DNA of 64,000 nt, from NCBI RefSeq assembly GCF_964204645.1, contig NC_134026.1:5355950-5419949 (forward strand). Reading direction: 5' to 3'. Below are positions 10,564 to 24,289 of this stretch, one piece after another. This DNA comes from Tubulanus polymorphus (taxonomy: Eukaryota > Animalia > Nemertea). Under the pieces are notes generated by a model. The model did not search any database. It had not been told where the DNA came from and saw nothing but the letters and a program-made list of their open reading frames with translations. Positions within the stretch are counted from its first letter, which is position 1; each line of letters opens with the position of its first letter. The position numbers were made by a program, and so were the translations under genes.

Positions 10564-13500
10564 ATGGCGTCCAAGAAAGGTTCTGTGACGATACAATCTG
10601 TTGATTTTCCTCCATATGTCATTCAGATGCTACCGGATAGACATTTCCTCGTTGCTGGAGGAGGTGGACAAGCAAAGTGTGGAATCCCGAATATTATTGT
10701 AAGTATACAATCTGTAAATCTTACCAAAATTAGCTTCAAGTGCATGTTTGAGTTGGCGGGTATGCGTAAAATGCGGATTCGGAGCTTGTTTTGTATGGAC
10801 TTTTTGGATTTTTGACATTTATGCGGGTACCGGGTGGCAATTATTTGGCAATCAACTATAAAATGAGGGCTTTTGAATGGCATATGATAGTCTCATTATG
10901 ATATGTTGATCCAACAAATTTATCTTTTAACGCATTCCTCTTGTTCACCCTTATAATTTTTTAGTGCTGACAAATGTATTGAAACCCACCCATATGCTAT
11001 GCTGCATGTTTATTCAATATGCATAGGTTTGTCATTCTAAAACACATTGGATGCACACAAAAAAGATTTCAATTTGACCTCTCCCCTTTCTTTTCCAAAC
11101 ATGTTTAAAGCATATTTTCTTTTTCCCCCAGATACGGAACAGAGAGATCAATCTCAGATTATGATCCGAACAATTCACTTTGAAATTTGACCACAGAGAG
11201 GATGCCTCGTGTATCACTGACTTGAGCTGGTTGCTGGTCACTGGTCATGTAATGTAGACGTATATTAGTCATCCTTTATTAACTTTGATGTGCCCATTTA
11301 GGAAGTGTTTGAGCTGAAGAAAGATGAAGATGCAGATACGTGTTATGCATCTAGTGTCTGTCGACATACCACTACTGATGCAATAATGAATGGTGCTACT
11401 GCGTACGATGGCAAAACACATTATCTGGCGGCCGGGGTCGAAGATCAATGTCAAATATATCATCTCAAATATAAATTAGTCAAACCAAAACCAAATACTG
11501 GTGAGTACGAACTAGTATTGCCGGAAATCTGGACCGAGAGTCACATTCCCAATACATAGGTTTATACGCTTTTGGCAGAGAGTTGAAAGATTGATTAATC
11601 CATAACAGAATTGCAACTTGTAGAAAATGATGAAGTGAATCATCAAAATCGATCGTACTGGAATATGTACTATTTTCAAGGATGAATTTTGTTTTAGTTA
11701 TAATTCTGTTATGGATACATACAGGTAAATAACTGGGAATTATATTTTGTGGGCCTTGTAAAATATTTGGCTCATTTGAATTCCTATGAATGTTTATCCC
11801 ATTAAGGCTAGACCTTATTTCTTATAGCCGTGGACGCAGATGGCAACGTAGCCGTTCGGAAACGTAAAGGAAATGCTACGGAATCCGATGATAATAAGGC
11901 CACACGTAATGTTGTATCGTTTGATATCACCCTCGACAAATCTGTACAGTCTGATTTCGCTGAAGATGGCGGATTACAAAATGTCGTTAAATTCAGCAGG
12001 GATCACACTCTAGTCATTACAGGAGGAGCTGATGGATATCTCAGAATATGGAAAGTAAGTTATATTTTCAATTGGATTACTACGAGGAGCTAGTCGTCTG
12101 AATGACTATATTTGTTACATGTATCCCTACAACTGTGACTAGATTTGGGAGCCAGCTATTTTGAAAACATTTGACTTCGAATTAAAAATCCAATATGCCA
12201 ACCCCGTAACTTATTAATTTTAAAGCGTGCAGGCATGAAGAGAATTCATGAAATCGAAGCGCATAAACAGGAAATAGAAGATCTCGATATAAGCCCCGAT
12301 GGCAACAGAGTAAGTACATTGACGCTTATAAAAAATATCACCGATGCTGCAGTTGTATTTTTAGTTTCTAAACGAAATTGAAATCAATTTAGATCGTGAC
12401 CATTTCAAGGGAAAAAAAGGCGTGTGTTTGGAATACAAAAAATGGCACTAAGTTCGCGGATTTAGAATGGCCTCAAAAAACTGAAGCTAAATACCGGTTT
12501 AGGACTTGTAGGTGAGTTATTGAGTTATTGGTGAATCGATTATGATAATGACTGTCGCCGAGCTCACTTTTCACGCGATATTGTTCTTTATAGATATGGT
12601 ATTATTGAAAACAAGAAGGAAAATTTTAATCTTTATACAGTGAACATTCCCGTTACGCAAGGTCAGAAAAACGCCCAGTCGTTTATAACTATCTGGAATA
12701 GTAAGGACTTTCGAGTGAAAAAGATCAGTGGCACTGGTCCAGAAATTGTGTCCTCATTTGCTGTCAGGTAGGGCAGGTCTTCCACACCACATAATCCATA
12801 GCTCATTAACCACTTTTTGGCGTAGTCCGAAAAAGATATTTTTGTACTTTCATTTCTTGGGATAAATATTTTCAATTTCATATTTTCGTGGTGAAAGTGG
12901 GACTTTCTTTTAATAATCCAGGCGAAAGTTGTAGCTCCCATCATATCCCTGCTAGTTCTGTGAGCATTTGCGATACTAAATTCAACTAGGCACAAGCCTT
13001 GATTGCAATAATATTGTAATGATATTTGAAGGAGGCTTTATCCCATTGTGCAAATATCGAATTACCGCAAACCCTTATTGAGTCATAATTGGCGGCCCCA
13101 ATTTTAAACATTCTGCGTAATGATTTGAAGTACCCTGGTAATTGTTATGATTTCAGCAATGACGGAATTTATCTCGCAACTGGTACTTTATCGGGTAGTG
13201 TGTCAGTATTTATATCGTTTAGTTTGAGTGTAAGTACAACCTGGCTCCGTGTTGAGTACCGGTTTTATCTACGCCACAAGTGTCGATCCCGGAAATCCTC
13301 AGTAATCCGAGATGATTGTTATTCGGAGCCTGAGGCCGAAGAACTGATAGATTTCGCCGTATTTTTCTATTGCAGAGACTTTATCACATCAAAGATGCTC
13401 ATAGTATATTCGTAACTGGTCTTCTATTTCTGCCGTCTACCGAAGAAGTTCGATCGCTTACCGGTGCTCAAGATTTCTCATTGATTAGCGTATCGGCTGA

Positions 13501-13706
13501 TAACTGTATTAAACTCAATCAGATGCCACCTAGAGGTCATTATCGGAACTGATTTTCCATTCGTTTCCAGATGGATGAATTTCATTCCTTCTAACCCGTG
13601 TCTACATTTGATAATTTCAGCTTCATTCAGCGCGATATGGTTATTGATCGGGTTCGTCATTATTATCTATGCAATATTCTGGCTGATGGCTGAACTCGGA
13701 GTGTGA
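10564..13706 (+). CDS. PREB: Prolactin regulatory element-binding protein / SEC12 (Sar1 GEF, WD40 propeller + C-terminal TM), about 418 aa
   Basis: Exons 10564-10698, 11302-11500, 11828-12054, 12226-12309, 12393-12511, 12594-12767, 13157-13229, 13376-13535, 13621-13706 join in frame. FPPY...VAGGGGQAKCGIPN K-loop, TGGADGYLRIW, AHSIFVTGLLF, SVSADN and a hydrophobic tail anchor. Confidence 0.95.
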
Positions 13707-15161
13707 ATCCTAGCGAAAATGAACTATTAAACTCGCGAGCAGCTTTTGAGTTTTGAATATTTCGACATCTATGGAATATAACTATAAGATCGTGATTATG
13801 GATAATGAGTCATCGTATTTACATGGACATGGCTGTTTCACAAATGAAAATGTTGATTTGTATTTATGCTTTTCCTCTGTTAATTATGGAATAGATAAAT
13901 CTCCAGGGTCCAGTCTTATAGGTCAGGATTTACTCCAACCAGAATTAAACTCAATTGACAGTTTTGAGTTAAGCCCTGGGTTAAAGTTAAAAGTGAAAAC
14001 GACCCACGAGCTATTGATGTTTTACAACAATAAAATTCCTTATGTGCTGAAATTTATAGAATTATCTCATAAAATACAACTTATTTATTAGTTATGTTAT
14101 TTGATAAATGTAAGATGATTGTGAATTTTGATTTATTGTGGTGTTCAGATGAAAAGAGGGTTCGTTTTGATTGAAACCTCTAAGCGGAACCCATCTGTTT
14201 TGTATTGTCTCTAACGGCACTAATCCTGCTTCTAAATTGTTTGTCTATGATCGTTTAAGCTCATTGTAAGAGTTCCTGGTAGAACCGTGGGGTTCAAAAC
14301 CCATGGATTATGAAAGCAACTCATTGTGTGTTTTTTTTGTGAGAAGAAAGGAAGAAAATAGTTTCTGTAAATGTTTTACATTACGTGCTGTTTCCTAGAC
14401 GTGATTGTTGAAACGTTTGTCTGTGATTTTAGATATTCGCCTATGTTTTAATGATTTATTTATTGGGGGTTATATGTAATGAATAATAAACGAATTTATT
14501 CTGCAATTCAATGCGTTCTTGTTGATTCTCCGCTACAATGTACCGTAGCTGCATCATCGTCTTGTTGAAAGTTCACGTGTGTGCTGGCATTCACCCAGTA
14601 CTGAATCTTAAAGTAAGAGATCGAGAAATGATTAACGCGCTGTATGTCCATAGCACTTCGTAGACTGTCGAGCGCGTGTGAGATATAGTTTAGAAACTAC
14701 ACGATGCAACTTGGTAAATCGTAAAAATGTAACTAACACCACTACGCAACACATTTTTGAAGCGACAAATCAAATCTATTTGAAATGACGCTTATACATG
14801 GCCATTTCAAATGAACTTTATTTGTGAAGTTAGAGCTGGCTTATCGATTTAATATCGGTATACCAGCTCGCGTTCTGGCAATGAACTGCCGAGAAGGGAA
14901 CTCATGTGGATTTATCAGGTCCGTGACAAACGACACCGTTAACATTATATAAAATCGGTTTATTTGATTAAAATTCGAAGGAAACAAAAAAAGAATTGAA
15001 ATAGAAGATGCCAGAATTCACGATAGTGATGATTAATAAAAGATTGCATAGGAAAGGTCTTATATATAGTTTGTTCACACAGTGCACGGTGATGTCGCCT
15101 ATATAGGAGGTAGAAGGTGTTTACCTCCCTTCTAGGAGGTAGATAGGAGCTTGTCTAGTCG

Positions 15162-18100
15162 TTACAAGCCTTCCGAATGCACTATGACCGTTATTCCATC
15201 AGTGCTATTCTCGTCTGAAAAAAATGAACACTAACAAATTAAAACAACATTAATTTCAAAATTCACGAATGAAGATTTTTTTCAAAGATTTTGGTAGCCG
15301 AGCAAGTAATATTGTTTTTTTACACGATTTTGATAATGCACCAAACAGCCTTTCACAAGACTAGGCGATTGAAACCTATGTAACTTCATTAATCACTTGC
15401 GTTTGCAAGAACTTTCTCAGCCGTTGATGAATAAAAAGTGAAAATGGTGCTTCTTAATAACTATCAATTAAATGTACATTTGTAAACCTTTTTAAACTCG
15501 AGCAGTAATGAATAAGAACACATTTTTCTTGTAAAACAAGAGTTCTCACGTATGATTCCAATGCTCTCAAATACTATTTTAAGTGATCAGAGAGTGAAAT
15601 TCTAGGAAGAGTGACTTAGGCTAGCTGTTTTTTTCTCTAATGGTGCGATAATGTTGTTTCAAAAAGCCGGTTTTCAAAACTATTTCAGATTCTAAAAATC
15701 GATTTTCTGTTGTTTTTGCTTGAAAGTGGATGATTGTAAATTATAAGGATCATGACTTCAAGATGCCTCTAAAAATGCATCTAGCGGGCTTCATTTAAAA
15801 AAGAATCTTCTGGGGAGACCTCTTGTTGCCTAGGGATAGTGGACCCTCCATTAGTGCTCTCCCCCAGTGAACTCGTAGACCGGCCCCTGAATAGATAGAA
15901 CAAATATTGACATGGCTAAATTTATACTCATTCATTATACATGCGTAAATGAATTTCAAACTATATTTTGCGCCGATGTATTAAATAACGAAATCTAATC
16001 CTGCGATAATATTACGTGGAGCGCTCATCTCTTTGATGACCGTAAACGTGGAATTCGATCCCATTCTTTGCAACCGAATAACTGAGATTAGTTAGAACGC
16101 GCGCGCGCGCGCGGCGTGACTGCGTATCAACCGAAACTAGGTGTGCTATGTCAGATCCGTGAACCGGGATAACAAATTTCTGATGGACAAAAATTTGCTG
16201 AGAAAATATTGTACTTTCGGTGAGGGTTTCCTTCACACACATCCGTGTAAACAAATTAATGTCTGAGATATCGGTTTCTTCCGTCATAAATCTGTAATTA
16301 CGGTTTATTCTATGGGCGATGAGACCTAGTCCATTATTAGACACCCCTCGTCACACTGCAGAATGATTTATTCTCTGGCAGATTTTTCCGTAGTTTTAGT
16401 TTTTCTATGATGCGAGAGTGGTGATCCCACTTCAAAATCATTCGGTCTGACACACGATTCAAGCCACTTAGTAGGAGTTTAATGGCGAGAAATGAGAGGA
16501 AGAATTCGATACCAGGACCCAGTTCCACAGTTGTGAGTTAGAGTTAACTCTGAGTTAAAGTTAGTTCATTTTCAATGTTTTAACCCAGGGTCAAATCTTA
16601 ACTCAGAACTGTGGAACTGGACCCTGAGTAGGGTATTTTTCACTTCGAAATTTCTTATACATTGTAGAAAGAATTCTAATGGTATTTTTTAATAATCTTA
16701 AGCTATACGGACTAAAGAAACAGGCATTATCATCAAATTCATGACATTGAAGTGTTCCAAACTCCCAAACATTTTTCCCCTTCCGGAATTCTGGGACGCA
16801 TGCCGATAAAAATGTGCCAAGCGCAGAGAACTTGGTCTGCAACCGGATCAAAAATACCAACAGCTACTTTATACGTAACGTTTCTATTATTCTTTACCAC
16901 GGAGCACATATGACATAAACGTAATAACAAACATGTTGAACGATAAATCTGTAAGAATACGGAATTTTGCAAACTTTCGCGGAAACACCTTGGTTGAAAG
17001 ATATACCTTCTTCGAAAAATCAGCCTGCTATTGCGTCTATTTAGAAATTGTGAACCCGGAACATTGGCATGGTGGCCAAGAATTTGTGGCCTGACTCAGA
17101 AGAGCGCCAGGTGTGGGTTTATAACAATGGAAATCTTATTTTATATTACCACACTTTTCCTTACCATGCAAGAACTAACCTATAACATTTTCATGTTGAC
17201 ATTCTATTTGCATTCTGCAATGCGATACAAGCAAAATAATAAATGTTATTTCGTGTTAAGCCAACTGATGTATCTAGTTGCCTTATACCCCATACCCTCC
17301 CTTCTCTCCTCTCCCGCTATCTGAGCTGCGCGGTACCTCTAGCAAGATCTGGGCTAGCATAATTACGCTATTTCTATTTGCGGCATGGCCGCGGTTATAT
17401 TTGTAGTCTAGTTGCTATTTTGGACGACGCACAACGGCGATGCACTGCACAAAAAATGCAAAAAACTGGCAGAAATAACAGTTAAGTATATCGGAGTTTC
17501 GGTGCATACCCTTAGTTCTCTACGGTGGTCGATAACACATCTGTTCTCATCGGTTTATCGAGCACACATGAGTTGTTTTTGTTCGAAACCTTATAATTTG
17601 TTATTTCTCTGCGAAACGACTCGATTTCTAGCAAATATACTTGAATTGAACGTCAATCTTCAGAAAGAAAAATTACTCGGCAATTCGATATATATCGGCA
17701 TCCCATATCCAACAAGCGGGCATTACATTAATTTATCTGCAACAACTTAAACAGCGGCGGATCATCAATAGGGCGATTTGGGGGTCCTACCCCATCTTCA
17801 CCCGTCAACGGATTCGAACCCACTACGCTAAAGCTGTTCCAAGAACTGGTGGAAGCGATAGCGGGGAGCGATACCGGACCCCTGGCAAGCGAGGATGGTC
17901 CTACCCCTGCAGTCACACAAAGCTTGGCCTTTCTTGTCAAGACAGTGATCGTCAATATTTGGCACCCATTGCATCATTTCGGATGTATTTTTCCAGATTT
18001 TCGAACACTGAGTGTAACACACTTCCCGCTTGTTCAATTGACTGCCTGGATGACAGTGCGTCACTCGTTGACTTTTATATCCAGCCATCCATTTTGTCCC

Positions 18101-21100
18101 GGATCCGCCTCTCTTGAAACTTTATCATTCCGTCATTTTCAAATAACCCGTAATTGACACCCGATAGATTGACGAGTTGTTCTTCTGATTATAAACGCAG
18201 GAAGGCTATTCACATGGTTACAGCTTGGAGTTTTAATGATTACTCCAAGGTTAAAGTGTTGCCGTATTTTCTAAAAAAGTATATCACAATATGAAAAGTA
18301 CCATCGCGTTGTTTAAGACAAATCTACTATTTTCTCTGATTGCAAAGATGATCCGGAGTTTAAGTTAAGTGCGATTCGTCTGGATGTATCATTACAAATT
18401 GAATATAGATTTTCGAATAGATATCGGTGTATATCGATCGACGTGTCTGCCCGACGTGAAGTGTTGAGCCAGCAGGTATCGTCTATCTCATACGAGTCTA
18501 TATTGCCAGGTTCTCTTTCTATAATCTCTAAAAAGTCGCCGACAAGCGCTTTGGCGAGTCGAACGTGGAAATCTACTCAGCGTGTCTGACATACAACTAA
18601 CTGCTTGGCCTACTACCAACAAAATGTTACAACATGCCGATAAACTGTTCGAAGAGTTTATAAAACTCTGGAAGATTTTCAACGTAAAGTAAAATATACG
18701 CTATACGTATAGTTTTTTTTTTTAATGGCTCAAATGGTTTTGAACGTGAAGTTCTGAGAGAATTTGTCAGACGGATGTACGGTTTCGATGGTCGTTAGGT
18801 GTGATAAATTACGTCATATCGAGCAGTCCGATGGGAAACTCATTACAGTAATTAATAATCCGCATTAATTATCGATTTATTATCTAAGTTGACGACTGTT
18901 CATACGTGGGTAGAGGAATGCTAGTACATACTCGAATGAATAAAACATGTTGCATATTTCAGATTTTACGACAAGGGCTGCACTTCATGTCCACCACTAA
19001 GTCCTTAGAATTTATGATAATGTTTCATAATTCGTGGACTTTTCTGAACCTGATTCCGTTCAGATTCAAACGCCTACCGGTATATAAGTCTATGCATGGA
19101 TTCTAAACGTGTTTTATAGAGTCCATGGTCTGTGTTTCGTCTGGGAGTTCTCTTCCCTTAGAGTCCATGGTTAAAGTACATATCAAATCAAATGAAATCT
19201 ATCAAATCAAATCAAAGGCAAGAGGGGAAATAGACAAGATGGGAAAATCCATATTCGAAATACATATTCGAATACTTTGGTATGCAACGTATTCAATATA
19301 CCTTCACCTTAGTTAATTTTCTTGTTAGAAATTGAAAGAAAAAATTGTTTCAGTTTAACACCTTCAAGGTGAAATGTTTTCTTTGTCGTTGAATAGAAAC
19401 GAACATCACCTTGAAAATATCCCCTTTTGAACTTGGTAAAACGTGTCGTTTGATAATTTGATAGTTTTTGCAAAAGCATTTTATACCATCACATGTCACT
19501 ATATGAGTAATTTTCGTTTTTCGTATACTAACCTTCGTTATAGAATGATGAATCGCGACTATTGTTATTTTTGAAATCTTCGCGTCGTCTGGCAAAATCA
19601 CGCACGTTAGTTTTCGGCGGCTCTTCCAATGACGGATTTCTCGAGCTGATTAGGAATGGTTCGATTTCTATGGCTACGTGAGATCCATTGGTTTCATCGT
19701 AATCGTCCGAATAAGGTGAACTTGTCGTTAAAATCAACGGTTCACTTTCCTCGTTTTCCGGGGAATCAAGCGAACTTTGAAGATTAGAAAGGTAATGAAA
19801 TTCGCTCCCCTGAGATCTGTTTTCAGTTTCTAGTGAACAAAGTCGACTAGAACTACTTGCGACTGAAATTGGCGATGGATCCTGACACGGGTTATGATCT
19901 ACCGCGAGAGAGTCCGATTCTTTGCGGTCGGAAAATGAATTCGGGGCCATAATAGTTCGATATTTGCCGTTGTTCGTAGAGCAGGGATCGTCGGATGACG
20001 ATAGTAGTGAAGATTCGCCCATCGTCGCGTCGTCGGAACTCTGCGAAGACGAGGATGGAATAGTAGTCGGTAGAGGAAGAGGAGGAGGGTACGGGTCGGT
20101 GATCTGAGGCAATGGTGAAGTGCGAAGGGATTTTGCCGATAGCCTCTTTTCACAGCTGCAGCGATCTGTACAAATGGAATGGATATATCCAGGACGAGAC
20201 ACGTCACTTCTACATGTTTCGAGACAGTCGGAGAATGATTCCGAATAATTCGACGGTGGTTTATCAGTTGGTGACACTATATAGTATTTACTAAACGTAA
20301 ATTCGCCCTTAGACGATCCTATGTTGTCTTCGTTGCTAAGGAAGACCGAATTGCTCAGTTCGCTGTCCAGTCCATCGGAACTGTCCTCGGTACTGGGACG
20401 ATGTCTCTTTATACTAACATCCGCCTCGTCTATGGATCGTTTGCTCGCGAACATTCCATCGGGAGCCGAATGTCGCTGTCTTCCGCTGGCGTGCATCATT
20501 TGGCGACGATTTCGGATTTTCGCCGAGCGCACTCGTTCGAGCATTTTCTCTTTCATGTATAACGATTGTCCTAACGTCCTCTGCGGCTCCTGGAAATCTT
20601 TCGCATCCGTTCCCACACATGCGTCCACGCTATCTAATCGAATTGGTCGCGGTTTAATAAATTGATCCATGTCGCAGGGGTCTTCGTGGCATTCGGCTTG
20701 TATTTCTAACGGCGAGTTTGAAGTAGATGAATTCGCACGCGCTCTGGCCCTTTTTTCGAACCTAACTTTGTTAAAACTGGCGCTTCGGTTATGTCTAATC
20801 CCGACATCGCTATCTCGCTTACCCCACGGTGTGCTGTTCACGCGACGCAGCGACGGCGCTTTCGGGTTTTTCACCACGCTATGGCCAGGAGCTGGGCCAC
20901 CGAAGAAATCCTCGACGACCCTCTTCTGACTACGGACGCTCGGTCGTTTTGAAAACAAGCCGCTGCGCTTTTCCTTGAAATAATCGCCAACGGAACTACT
21001 ATTTCGAGACACGGTACTTGTAGTTTTTTGACTCCGATGAGAATCCCGCCTTTCGGTTTTAGATCTTTCCCGATCCGAGCCGGCTGCTAAAAGGAATGGT

Positions 21101-21678
21101 AACAATAGTAACTGATCTCGGCCGCTCATCGAACCTAGCCTTGCCTGATGTTTATGGTGAACGCCCAGATGAACGGCCAACAGGCCTTTCGCCAATGTCT
21201 TTTTCGGTTTTGTCTCTTTTATCACGCTCAAATCTTTTACATCGCGGCTCGTCCAATGACAACAACGAAAACATATCAATACGATGAACCCAAGAAGGGC
21301 TAAAAGAGGAAGGATTATCAAATGCGAGTTTTCAGGTGGTTCTGTAATGGGTTTTCTCTTCTCCTCGGCAACTGGGTCGAAAGTGCCGCAGTTTTCACAT
21401 CGCCGATGACGCAGCTGTAATACTGTGGTCCTGCCATCTTTTATTCCCTGAGGTTGATCGGAATTTAGATCAGAATTTGCTTTCACTTTTTGCGAAGTCG
21501 CTCGATCGGTAACCGACACTTCATTCGCGTGACTTCGATTATCCGGTTTTGCTACCATTTCGGTAGCCGTTTGATTGACAATATCCAAATTACGAACACG
21601 CCCATCGTCGCAATCACCGCCGCTTATTATATACGGAAATATGAGTACAGAAAATATCACCGTTTTAACAATGTTCAT
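15162..21678 (-). CDS. Uncharacterised single-pass membrane protein (signal peptide, short ectodomain, TM, long Ser/Arg-rich cytoplasmic tail), 716 aa unspliced or about 732 aa spliced
   Basis: 2.1-kb ORF 19528-21678 with a hydrophobic N-terminus and TM LIILPLLALLGFIVLICFRCC. Its end overlaps a donor (AAG|GTTAGT after 19533) that is phase-compatible with exon 15162-15214 (DENSTDGITVIVHSEGL*), followed by AATAAA at 14959-14964 (-). Probable 5'UTR intron 21843-25879. Confidence 0.8.
16515..16624. mobile_element. Short MITE (same family as 52876-52977; related to 35168-35270 and about 13906-14005)
   Basis: TIRs ggacccagttccacagtt ... aactgtggaactggaccc; shared core aactctgagttaaa...agttcattttc. 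Confidence 0.65.
17793..17897. mobile_element. 105-bp hairpin MITE with CATC...GATG ends and 9-bp TSD
   Basis: gtcctaccc flanks both sides (17784-17792, 17898-17906); imperfect TIRs; the right end cctggcaagcgaggatg is identical to the end of 44118-44378. Confidence 0.65.
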
Positions 21679-22364
21679 GACATGAACTAGGATTTCCTAT
21701 CGAAGACTGTCGCGGGGTTTTCCAATCAACCGCCAAGTCGCTATTCATGCCAAACATCACCACAACGCCTGACTACCCGTTTCCCACAGTGGAATAAAAG
21801 CAATTCAGATACGCGGATGATTTCTGCGTTGGTCACCAGTACCTGAAATGGCGAGAAAAATACTTATACATACACTCTATATAATGAATACTATTAATTT
21901 GATTGCGTTAGAACAAGCAACGGTAGTTTTATTAATGTTAATAATATAATACTTGACCGTGTGTTAATTTCCGTTCAATGACTCTTGTTATGTGATATTA
22001 TTTCGACTAATTGGCGTCGACTTCATATTATAACCTAAACGAGAGTGATTTCCCCTCTTCCGTGGCGAAAGGTAGTTGTTTGTTTTTACACTGTCGGGTA
22101 TATAGGCGCACATTAGTTCAAGACATTATCTATACTTATACTTTATGTATGTGACCGCGCGTATATAGGCATACGTGGTTACTATGCCCTGTGACAACAC
22201 GATTAGATTACATTGTCGTCTAGAATTATATATCTAATCATGCGCAAACGACCTGACTTAAATTGAAGAAATAACGAAAAACCCGCTTATGAGTCACAGT
22301 ATATCATATATATATCGCATAGATTCTAATTTTGAAACATTTAATCATACACGATGACCTGATA

Positions 22365-22512
22365 CCAGCCAGAGTTGTGATTCAAATTCACCAGCAGAGT
22401 TGTGATTCAAATTCACGTTTACTTTAAATATTTCAAAATATCCTGGTTTTCGCAAACAATTTGTTCACGTTTACTTTAAATATTTCAAAATATCCTGGTT
22501 TTCGCAAACAAT
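22365..22512. repeat. Two adjacent local tandem duplications (about 25 bp and about 52 bp units)
   Basis: cagagttgtgattcaaattcac twice, then ttcacgtttactttaaatatttcaaaatatcctggttttcgcaaacaat twice. Confidence 0.85.
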
Positions 22513-23329
22513 CTATTTTGTATGTATAAATACGTTGCTTGTATGTAAATTTATGTACGAGGTCACATTTTAGTACGATTCAGTTCGTAGCGAAGGACAC
22601 GATCTTTTCAGTTCAGTGTTATCGTATTCGATGAGTTATTCAAATATTCAGACTTCAGAAATTCTTCCATCTGCGACACGAATACGCTGTCATTGACGGT
22701 TAGATTTCAAGTTGTTTTACTCTACAAGTCAACAGTTGATGGGATGATATTCCTCTCCTCACAATGTCTAAAACTATATCGTTTTAGAGTCCACGGCTGG
22801 TCCAGACAAGATTTCATATTAATTCTCTTGTTCTTTATTGTTTTCAGATATTGAGGAAATACTTAATTAAGATATTTCTAACCAACCTTCATTTTGAACA
22901 AACAATGCATTTGCTACTGAAATCGAGGAATTTGCAACTGAAATCGACTTTTCTTTCCGACATACGTATTGACATATTCTGTTATATCCTGGTTAGATAT
23001 GTTGGTGATGAGATAATTTGGTCAATAATTATATGAATAATTCATTCAATAACTGTTTACGTACATTTCAATATATTTCAAGTATAATTTTTATTGTTAA
23101 ATATGACCGCATGGAAATTTTTCGTGGTTTAATTACCGTAAAATCCAGACTTTTCTACATATCTATATATACATATATCATATGAATGTATAGATAAAAT
23201 TCTCCCGGTAAAAATTACATTGTAGCGACAATATTTGGATTCTATGAGTTGATTGATTCAATTCGATAATTTGAATTCAGTCCTTAGAATTAAACTTCTA
23301 GCTAAGTGGTCACTTGAAAATATATCATT

Positions 23330-23523
23330 TTCACTAGAGAGGAATCTATCTTGATTTTATTGGCACTTGCTGATGTTTGGAAAAAGTTTTAAAGAATTTC
23401 ACATATATCTGTTCATAACTTTTCAAGTTATTTCGCTAACATACAAAATGTTGCTTACATACAAACAAACAGACAGACAGATGAACTGCGGTAAAACACA
23501 ACCTCCTCGGCGGAAAGTAATAA
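23330..23523 (+). mobile_element. Helitron/Helentron-associated non-autonomous element remnant
   Basis: (acaa)(acag) microsatellite followed by aaaacacaacctcctcggcggaaagtaa, resembling the short terminal stem-loop of HINE/DINE-like elements. Confidence 0.4.
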
Positions 23524-24289
23524 CTTTCACTTCATTCAAGTTTGATATGTACCACCAATAACTCTATTTGATGAAAAAGTGGAAATTTGCGGGGGTTTTC
23601 GAGGGGAAATTTACCGGTGGATATTTACTTGTTACCATATTATGTGATTTGTTTATCTGTTATTCCGAATTCCTGCAGAATATGGGGCGCATATGGCATA
23701 TAGATCACTTGAAAATATTATGGGAGACTTAAATGAAAATAGCTCAAATAGAATTATGAATATTCTTCGTTTTATGTTCAGTTCAGTTCAGTTCAGAAAT
23801 TTTTGCGAATTTTCCCTCACGGGTCTTAAGCAAAATCGTATGTGAACGTTAGTTATGATTGTGATTATTTGAATTTATGATTAGTATATCAATTCGCTTG
23901 GTACAAATAGTGTTAATCAAACTCGTAATTTCGTAATAAGTTTCCTTCCACACCACATTAATCGAAAAAATGGATGTAGCGAACGATTGCAAGAGACATG
24001 TATATGTTTTATGTCAATTAGCACGTTTTGCGAATTCGAACTTAAATATCCGTCCTTAATGCAGACAACCGCGGTTTGGTGAATGAATAATGGAAACTGT
24101 ATTGGTTTGTATGCTGTTTGTTCTTCGATTTACGATACGTGTAGAGATATTCACGTAAAACGTTCGATCGGTTGTATTAAACGTACTTACAAATTTATCC
24201 GATGGATTCATTGATGACAAAGGTTTAAGAGTGGTAAAGGTTTAAATTGCAGCCATCGAATTTACGACAATTAACCGCGCTTATGTTAC

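Noticed and set aside
16012-16344. 110-aa minus-strand ORF
   Set aside because: No recognisable homology, includes a (GC)n run, and has no convincing splice sites linking it to the flanking gene.
17728-18157. Cys-rich 86-aa ORF and a possible HDV-like ribozyme (tcctcgc loop)
   Set aside because: The ORF runs into a MITE and has no recognisable domain; the P3 and P1 helices needed for an HDV fold cannot be formed.
19899-21690. Overlapping short ORFs on both strands
   Set aside because: Shadow or alternative frames of the 716-aa ORF with no independent support.
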